Origin: Desulfotalea psychrophila LSv54
GTDB lineage: Bacteria > Desulfobacterota > Desulfobulbia > Desulfobulbales > Desulfocapsaceae
Assembly: GCF_000025945.1 (NCBI RefSeq)
Contig: NC_006138.1
Span: 330,001 to 362,000, forward strand
Length of the DNA: 32,000 bases
Direction of reading: 5' to 3'
Shown here one piece after another: positions 26,424-32,000 of the stretch. Position 1 is the first letter of the stretch. Every line of letters begins with the position of its first letter. The notes under the pieces are model-generated. The model did no database searches, had not been told where the DNA came from, and saw only the letters and a list, made by a program, of their open reading frames with translations. A program made the translations under genes and the position numbers.

Positions 26424-27117
26424 CTATTTTTGTCCTTCCCTGAAAAAGATGAAACAGCATATTTATAAAAAAAGCGAAGGTCATAAGGGTAATACCCAGG
26501 GCCACAGCCAAAACAAACTCCCCCTTATCATACTCCAGAGCCATGGCGGTGGTCATGGTTCGGGTAAACCCCTTGGCATTACCACCAAGCATCATACTGA
26601 TACCCACTTCAGCTATAACACGACCAAAGGCGGCAACTATAGCAGCACAAACGCCATAACGCGCCTCCCGTAGCACAGCCCAGGCCATCTGCCCTTGACT
26701 GGCACCAAGGGTCAGTGCGGTCATCCGATAGCGGCTGTCGATTTTACTAATGGCGGCAATGGTAAGGGTGGTAACAAGAGGCCAGATAAGAATAATTTGA
26801 CCTATAATAATGGCTTTCTGGGTATAGAGCAGCTCCCAACTGCCAAAGATGGCCCTACGCGAAATAAACGAGTAGACCAAAAGACCGATAACCACGGTGG
26901 GCAAAGCCAAAAGAGTATTCAGACAGGTCAACAAAAAACGCTTTCCGGGAAAGGAAGAGTAGGCAATGAGCAGGCCCATGGGAATGCCCAGAATAGAGGC
27001 AAAGACAGTTGCAAAAAAACTGACCCGCAGAGATACTGTCACAATTTGCAGAAAAGCAGGATCAAACTCCACCAGAAGCCAAAATGCAGACAAGAGACTA
27101 TCAAAAAGAAGATCCAT
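26413..27117 (-). CDS. tupB: Tungstate ABC transporter permease
   Basis: 234 aa, 5-6 TM binding-protein-dependent permease, located between tupA and tupC. Confidence 0.8.
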   Translation of the reverse strand: MDLLFDSLLSAFWLLVEFDPAFLQIVTVSLRVSFFATVFASILGIPMGLLIAYSSFPGKRFLLTCLNTLLALPTVVIGLLVYSFISRRAIFGSWELLYTQKAIIIGQIILIWPLVTTLTIAAISKIDSRYRMTALTLGASQGQMAWAVLREARYGVCAAIVAAFGRVIAEVGISMMLGGNAKGFTRTMTTAMALEYDKGEFVLAVALGITLMTFAFFINMLFHLFQGRTKIDAL

Positions 27118-27147
27118 ATCCTTCCCTTTCTACTTGAGAGGCAAAAC

Positions 27148-27187
27148 AAAAAAAAGCCCGGGCAAGCGATATACACTCGGCCCAGGC
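27148..27187 (-). terminator. Intra-operon stem-loop plus U8 tract between tupA and tupB (attenuating terminator)
   Basis: Minus-strand RNA reads GCCUGGGC-(16 nt)-GCCCGGGC, 8 bp including one G-U pair, followed by UUUUUUUUGUUUU. It lies 98 nt after the tupA stop and 28 nt before the tupB start. Confidence 0.5.
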
Positions 27188-27284
27188 TTCCATATACAAA
27201 GTTACCGAAACTTCCCTGCGGAAGATATTAGATATCTACCCCAAGTCCAAGTCTCCCGTCAACTCCTGTATCTTAGAAAAGAGA

Positions 27285-28181
27285 CTACTTTATAGCATCC
27301 GGGTAGAAGAGCTGCTTACCCTCAAGCCGGTAATCGCCAATCAACTTCTGACCGCGAGGTGAAACCAACCACTGGGCGAGCTCAACTGCCATATCATACT
27401 GGACAGTAGGATATTTCTTTGGATTAACAGGTATAATGCCATAAGGGTTGGCAAGATCAGCGCCACCCTCACAGAGGATTTCAAGATCTACAGCAGGAGT
27501 CTTACCATACTTATATTTAATGTAAGTACCACGATCAGACATGGTATAAGCTTGCTTTTCCTCGGTAAAGGTAATGGCCTTACCCATACCCTGGCCAATG
27601 GAAAGATACCAGGCAGCAGAGTCAGCTGGACGCATAGCAGTAACTTCCTTCTTCTTGCCCTTCTTAACAATAGTCTGGCTCACAGCGGCAAGTGGCACAC
27701 CGGATTGCTTCCAGAGATACTGCTCCTTGGTATGGGTACCGCTATCATCGCCACGAGAGACAAATTTTGCCTTCGCCTCGGCTATTTTCTGCAGAGATGC
27801 CGCCGCATCATGACTACCCTTGATACCGGCAGGATCTTTCTCTGAACCAAGAATAACAAAATCATTATGCATAACGGCATAGCGCTTGGTGCCAAAACCA
27901 TCTTTAACAAATTTTTCTTCACGACCCTTAGCGTGAACAAAAATAATATCAACATTACCATCCTGGCCATCACGGATAGCAGCGCCGGTTCCCTTGGCGA
28001 TAACCTTTACCCTAATGCCAGTATCTTTCTCAAATGCAGGCAAAAGAATATCCAATAGACCGGAGGACTGAGTGCTGGTGGTGGTGGACATTTTCAAAAT
28101 CTTCTCAGCACAAAAACCAGTGCCGGCACAAATGGCCACAAGACAGAGTACGGCAACCGAAATCAGACTACGCTTCATCAT
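27285..28181 (-). CDS. tupA: Tungstate-binding periplasmic protein TupA
   Basis: Signal peptide followed by the TupA-type anion-binding motif MSTTTSTQSSGLLD, plus GTGAAIRDGQDGNVDIIFVHA and NDFVILGSEKDPAGI. Confidence 0.85.
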   Translation of the reverse strand: MMKRSLISVAVLCLVAICAGTGFCAEKILKMSTTTSTQSSGLLDILLPAFEKDTGIRVKVIAKGTGAAIRDGQDGNVDIIFVHAKGREEKFVKDGFGTKRYAVMHNDFVILGSEKDPAGIKGSHDAAASLQKIAEAKAKFVSRGDDSGTHTKEQYLWKQSGVPLAAVSQTIVKKGKKKEVTAMRPADSAAWYLSIGQGMGKAITFTEEKQAYTMSDRGTYIKYKYGKTPAVDLEILCEGGADLANPYGIIPVNPKKYPTVQYDMAVELAQWLVSPRGQKLIGDYRLEGKQLFYPDAIK

Positions 28182-28189
28182 TTTTCCTC

Positions 28190-29113
28190 TTATTTTAAGT
28201 TATCCGGAAAAAGCATCTTTCCACATAGAGAGACATCATAGCCAACAAAAGAATCAGCTAATTGTCGAAAGGTCTCCTCGTGCAACAAACCAATGAAATC
28301 CTGAATGCCTCGCTCAAAGAACCTTTCCTTACTTATAATAAGGTCAAACCTCTCCCAACGAAGAGGGACAAAATCAAGATCAAGCATACCTGCAATCGCC
28401 CGAATACCAGGTGCCGCGTCAACCCTACCGGCAAGCACCTCCAGACCTCCATCCAAATGGCGACTCACCTCGCGGGAATAACCATCTATCTTTTGACTGG
28501 AAATCCTTCGTATAGAAAGTTCATGATCCAAAAGCACACGCGTACCTGTGCCCTGAGGACGATTGACAATGGAGATACCTTTTCGGGCAAGATCTTCTAT
28601 CCCCTCAATGCCCTTAGGATTTCCCTTGGCCACCAGCAGGCCCTGCTCTCTCTTACTAAAATTGACAAAAACGGGCGCTTGTTCGAGCTCCTGACTGGCA
28701 AAATCGAAGTTATACTCCTCATTCTCATCTTGCAAGAGATGACAGACACCAATATGGCATAATCCACGCCGCAGGGAAGAGACCCCGCCCATACTACCAA
28801 GATTTGCAAAAAAGGCAATTCGCCTTGGATAACGTCGTTGAAAAAGAGCGAGTGTCTGCTGAAAGAGGGGATCATCGCTACCGGCAACCAAAAGAATTAG
28901 GTCATCCACCGAAACCGTTGCAGGACGATAGTTTGTAACATTTACCTCAAGCCATTCCGCCACAAGCCTACGGGGAAACAACCATTTACCAGTGACCTTG
29001 CTGGCAGGTAGGCCCTTGTCATTCACAAGGGAATAAACCATCTTTTCATTTACATGTAAGAGTTCTGCTACCTCTTTCGTTGTAAGAAAAGGATTATCTT
29101 CTTGCCTTCTCAT
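28190..29113 (-). CDS. Transcriptional regulator: excisionase/MerR-type HTH fused to a periplasmic-binding-protein-like (molybdate/tungstate-type) domain
   Basis: N-terminal HTH (LTTKEVAELLHVNEKMVYSLVNDKGLPASKVTGKWLFPRRLVAEWL) plus a PBP-like domain of about 230 aa. It lies 8 nt upstream of tupA. The ATG is at 29113; a TTG alternative is at 29122. Confidence 0.75.
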   Translation of the reverse strand: MRRQEDNPFLTTKEVAELLHVNEKMVYSLVNDKGLPASKVTGKWLFPRRLVAEWLEVNVTNYRPATVSVDDLILLVAGSDDPLFQQTLALFQRRYPRRIAFFANLGSMGGVSSLRRGLCHIGVCHLLQDENEEYNFDFASQELEQAPVFVNFSKREQGLLVAKGNPKGIEGIEDLARKGISIVNRPQGTGTRVLLDHELSIRRISSQKIDGYSREVSRHLDGGLEVLAGRVDAAPGIRAIAGMLDLDFVPLRWERFDLIISKERFFERGIQDFIGLLHEETFRQLADSFVGYDVSLCGKMLFPDNLK

Positions 29114-29397
29114 ATAATTCAATAGTCAAAACGGGGTTACCAAAAAGGAGGTACGTCACGGAACCCTTTCCTGGCAGGGAAACAGAAGAACCATAACGCA
29201 CCAAATACCAACAAGAAATAACAATAACCCCTAAAGAAATAGACAAAAAAGATGTGCTTTTCAAGCATTAAACCCTCTGAAGAGCAAATAAACCAAGAGA
29301 ATACGCCCCAGAGGATAAGAAATGACCAAGAACAACCAAGACACCTATGCGGTCATTAAAACATCTCTCATAAAGCACCACTCTTGCCTAGGCAATC

Positions 29398-30576
29398 CTA
29401 GCTCGACAAGCGCCCCAATCCCATCGCCAACGACGAAAGCCCCGAAGAGCGCATCATTACGTAGGGTTTTTGACACTGCTTACATATCTTCTTCACGGTC
29501 AGACAGGCATCATGGCTCACGCAATCAACGGGACACATAACTGCATCTGCCTGAGCAAGCATAAGGGGCAGCCTACTCTTAGACTCCTCCTTACCTCCAT
29601 CATGGTGCAAAAAAGAGCCACCACTCTTTTCCACCAATGCTCGATAATGCGGAACCATCTTATGCATTCCACCAACATAGAGAACAAGCTTGCCACAGAG
29701 ATCTTTGCCTGGGCAGCTCTCTGTATGAGCCCTACCGCAACGAGCACAGCCTAAATCAAACAGGGATGCCTGCACAGATTTTTCCAGAAGAATATTCTCC
29801 TGTCTCTGCTGAGATATCTCCTGCTCAAGGCGCATAGCATTCTTCTGCAACTGGCCATTATGCTTTTCCAATTTTGCTATATAGAGAAGATGCTCCTCAT
29901 TCTCCCTCTCTAGCACACCCTTTACTGCCGGCGGAAAGCCCCCGGCAGATGAAGCAGATGAGCCCTTTTTTTCACGTTTTTTCAACTCTGCCTTAAGCGC
30001 TATGACCTCCTGCTTCTCTTTTCGCACCCGCTTTTCATGCAAAAATTGCCGATGAACTAACTGCGCATCGACATTTTTTTGTTTTTGCAGAGAGGAGGCT
30101 AACTTCTTTTTGATTCTCAAAAGCTCACTGACACTATCGTGAGACATCATATGCACATCCCCATAACACTCGGAGAGGACTGCCCCCGGAATATGGGGGT
30201 GAGAGCACACTGCCCAAAAAGCACCGGCGACCTCTCCAGCCTCCAGAGACTTTTGCCAAAGCCTACACAGATCCTCGCTCTCCCTAAGTCTGTGAAAGGA
30301 GATAATATACCTCTGATACTTCAAATTAAGAAGTTTCTGCATGGCCACACTTGCCACACATTGGTAATGGGCAAAACGAACAAACCTCGTGTGCAATTCA
30401 AAAGGAGAGACAAATTCTCCACCACGAACCTCTCTCTTTTTATTTATCTTAACCAGTTCTGGCTGGGTGATACAGGTACCAATAATGGCACATTGATAGC
30501 CATCTGGAACATCCCATAAATTCCGTCCCTTACCGCCAGTACAACGTTGAACCCTTCGCGCCTTTAAGCTTGCCAT
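29398..30576 (-). CDS. Cys-rich coiled-coil protein with C-terminal DUF2325-like domain, function unknown
   Basis: 392 aa with a GAGGAGG SD. The conserved-looking N-domain has YQCAIIGTC, AFWAVCSHPH and GDVHMMSH. A central coiled coil of about 130 aa follows. The C-terminus has CARCGRAHTESCPGKDLCGK, then VLYVGGMHKMVPHYRALVEKSGGSFLHHDGG...ADAVMCPVDCVSHDAC...KKICKQCQKPYVMMRSSGLSS. The DUF2325 pattern is from memory. Confidence 0.75.
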   Translation of the reverse strand: MASLKARRVQRCTGGKGRNLWDVPDGYQCAIIGTCITQPELVKINKKREVRGGEFVSPFELHTRFVRFAHYQCVASVAMQKLLNLKYQRYIISFHRLRESEDLCRLWQKSLEAGEVAGAFWAVCSHPHIPGAVLSECYGDVHMMSHDSVSELLRIKKKLASSLQKQKNVDAQLVHRQFLHEKRVRKEKQEVIALKAELKKREKKGSSASSAGGFPPAVKGVLERENEEHLLYIAKLEKHNGQLQKNAMRLEQEISQQRQENILLEKSVQASLFDLGCARCGRAHTESCPGKDLCGKLVLYVGGMHKMVPHYRALVEKSGGSFLHHDGGKEESKSRLPLMLAQADAVMCPVDCVSHDACLTVKKICKQCQKPYVMMRSSGLSSLAMGLGRLSS

Positions 30577-31075
30577 CCCCCCTCCTCAAAACATTATCAG
30601 CCAAGCAATCAATATATTAAACACCCCTAACTTTTACCGTCTTAATATAAAAAAAGCAAATATCTTACCTAAAACAAGGAGGTTTCTCAAAAGAGGCTGA
30701 CCAGCTCCACCACGCCAGTCAACAGGACTAGATCAGATGCCAGAACAAGCCCCGGCAGACTCTTCCGTTCATCGGCACCTAGTCAGCCCCATTCTGTTCA
30801 TGCCCCCTTAGCCCTTGAGCCTCGGTAAAAATTTGCAAAAGCACTTCACCTGAAGGCCTGCATCGATCCGCAACGGATGAGGGTGAGGTACACGCTTCAC
30901 TCTCTTTTTTCAAAGAGGGGTATAAAAAAAGCCCAACAAACCCAAGCAGATCTTTACGACCACCAACGGATCTGGTAAAAGAAATAATAGGGGCTATATT
31001 GCTGTAAGAACGTCTAGTTTCTCCAACTGAACAACGGATCGCTCTGCTCTATTTTTTACACCAAGAGGACGCTAT

Positions 31076-31420
31076 AAGAAGAGTTCTATTGTAGATGATG
31101 ATATTGCTCTGGATGCTGCAGAGAAATTTAAGTAAATGCTCCTCCATGTTGAATTCCTTGTTAGCAGTTCGGGGAAACAGACTCTCTCCTGCCTGAGTAG
31201 CAGAAGTGCTCAGTTGGTGGTAAACGATATCAATATGCCCGGGATGAATGGCCTGGACGAGGACGAACAATTTCAGGACGGCACCCTGCAAGTATCCGGG
31301 GAGCAGAGGCACCTGCAATAAGCGCCAGGACAGACCTGCAAACTCTCTTGCTAAAAGCTACAGTTAACAATAACGAAACAACAGAGAGGATAGCGAACGA
31401 GAAGAATTTGCAACCAATAA
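31076..31420 (+). pseudogene. Decayed response-regulator receiver domain
   Basis: The frame reads KKSSIVDDDIALDAAEKFK*MLLHVEFLVSSSGKQTLSCLSSRSAQLVVNDINMPGMNGLD. That gives the acidic pocket DDD and a phospho-acceptor D followed by MPGMNG. There is an in-frame TAA at 31133-31135 and no start codon back to the upstream stop at 31028. The expected P.I..SAR.D segment (PAISARTDLQTLLLKA) appears only in a different frame. The end coordinate is approximate. Confidence 0.55.
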
Positions 31421-31723
31421 ATTTGTTGAGCAGTGCATCGACATCAAAGGCGTTAACACCGCATACCTCGTTGGCCGGGATGGTTTTCCCCAGAACAGTA
31501 TCACCCGCCAGAGTATCAATACTGAAATGATAGGGGCAATTGTCTCCTCCGGTTTTAGTTCTGCCAAATCCATGGCAAACCAGCTAGGATAGTGAGAACT
31601 TAATACAACCATGTTAGAATATGAAAATAGCCCCGTCAGGACTGCCCCTTTTGCTCGCGAGGCATTTCTCGTTGCCATAGCTGATCGGGAAACAAATTTG
31701 GCTTGATCAAGAATCAGTATCAA
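31364..31723 (-). pseudogene. Possible second, degenerate receiver-like domain (convergent), frameshifted
   Basis: The TTG-initiated ORF reads LILILDQAKF...NMVVLSSHYPSWFAMDLAELKPEETIAPIISV, which has a REC-like layout but degenerate acidic residues. The REC-like C-terminal part (DTLAGDTVLGKTIPANEVCGVNAFDVDALLNKFIG) is in another frame. No SD. This is a weak call. Confidence 0.3.
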
Positions 31724-31817
31724 GAAAAATACAAAGAGAATAAAACAGGCAGCGGGTCTCTAAAGGATCTGTAAAAAATATACGTGTTCCAAACACATAA
31801 CAATTAATTAATTGCAA

Positions 31818-32000
31818 ATGAAGATAATTGGACATAGAGGTTCAGCAGGTACGACACCGGAAAACACCCTCCTCTCTTTCGCTGAAGTGATGAAAAGTGG
31901 AGCATACGCCATAGAATTTGATGTACAAAAATGCGCCACAGGCCAGCTCGTTGTCATCCACGATCCACGCGTCGACAGGACAACAAATGGTTCAGGACTT
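31818..32000 (+). CDS. Glycerophosphodiester phosphodiesterase (GDPD family), 5' part only
   Basis: MKIIGHRGSAGTTPENTLLSFAEVMKSGAYAIEFDVQKCATGQLVVIHDPRVDRTTNG shows the canonical HRG...PENT...E.D GDPD N-terminus. The gene runs off the window end. Confidence 0.8.
   Translation, partial: MKIIGHRGSAGTTPENTLLSFAEVMKSGAYAIEFDVQKCATGQLVVIHDPRVDRTTNGSGL

Noticed and set aside
29123-29397. Possible Moco/tungsten-cofactor riboswitch upstream of the tup regulator. The minus strand contains CCAGGAAAGGGUUCCGUGACGUACCUCC, reminiscent of the GGAAAGG...CCUCC 3' part of the Moco motif.
   Set aside because: I could not find the conserved 5' core (CCGAGCC-type segment) or a convincing multi-stem architecture. 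The resemblance is only a short purine/pyrimidine match. A covariance-model scan (Rfam RF01055) would settle it.
31049-31318. 89-aa minus-strand ORF.
   Set aside because: It is antisense to the much more convincing plus-strand receiver-domain reading (DDD...DINMPGMNGLD), so it is a shadow ORF.

Overview
This 32-kb window looks like chromosomal DNA from a Desulfobacterota (deltaproteobacterial) genome. That assignment is a guess from protein flavour and cannot be verified here. I support about 30 protein genes, most of them housekeeping, transport or stress functions. On the plus strand: divergent Lrp/AsnC regulator and lpdA, a cation/H+ antiporter overlapping a P-type ATPase, a zinc-ribbon trypsin-like protease, a large GT4 glycosyltransferase, a Nim-like PNPOx protein, a DfrA-like DHFR, a heme-c sensor diguanylate cyclase, msrA and sodB, amt-glnK, and a GDPD gene fragment at the window edge. 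On the minus strand: a ynjB-ynjC...ynjD-ynjF-like ABC transporter plus CDP-alcohol phosphatidyltransferase cluster, an RCK K+ channel, a tungstate tupABC operon with an HTH-PBP regulator and a nucleosidase-like gene, and a DUF2325-like protein. I found no rRNA, tRNA, CRISPR array, transposase or integrase. The best candidate for something new is an AT-rich three-gene cassette at 16.1-17.7 kb, wedged between the permease and ATPase genes of the ynj-type operon. It holds a translationally coupled orphan pair (a 125-aa soluble protein and a 138-aa 3-TM protein) plus a frameshifted RelA/SpoT-type HD hydrolase. Second is a chromosomal DHFR that, from memory, resembles the mobile DfrA1 trimethoprim-resistance family. 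It sits beside a Nim-like gene and abuts a truncated, twice-frameshifted PAS gene remnant. There are also decayed receiver-domain relics at 31.0-31.7 kb and several disruptions at homopolymer runs, which may be real decay or assembly error. All family assignments come from motif recognition by eye and need database confirmation.
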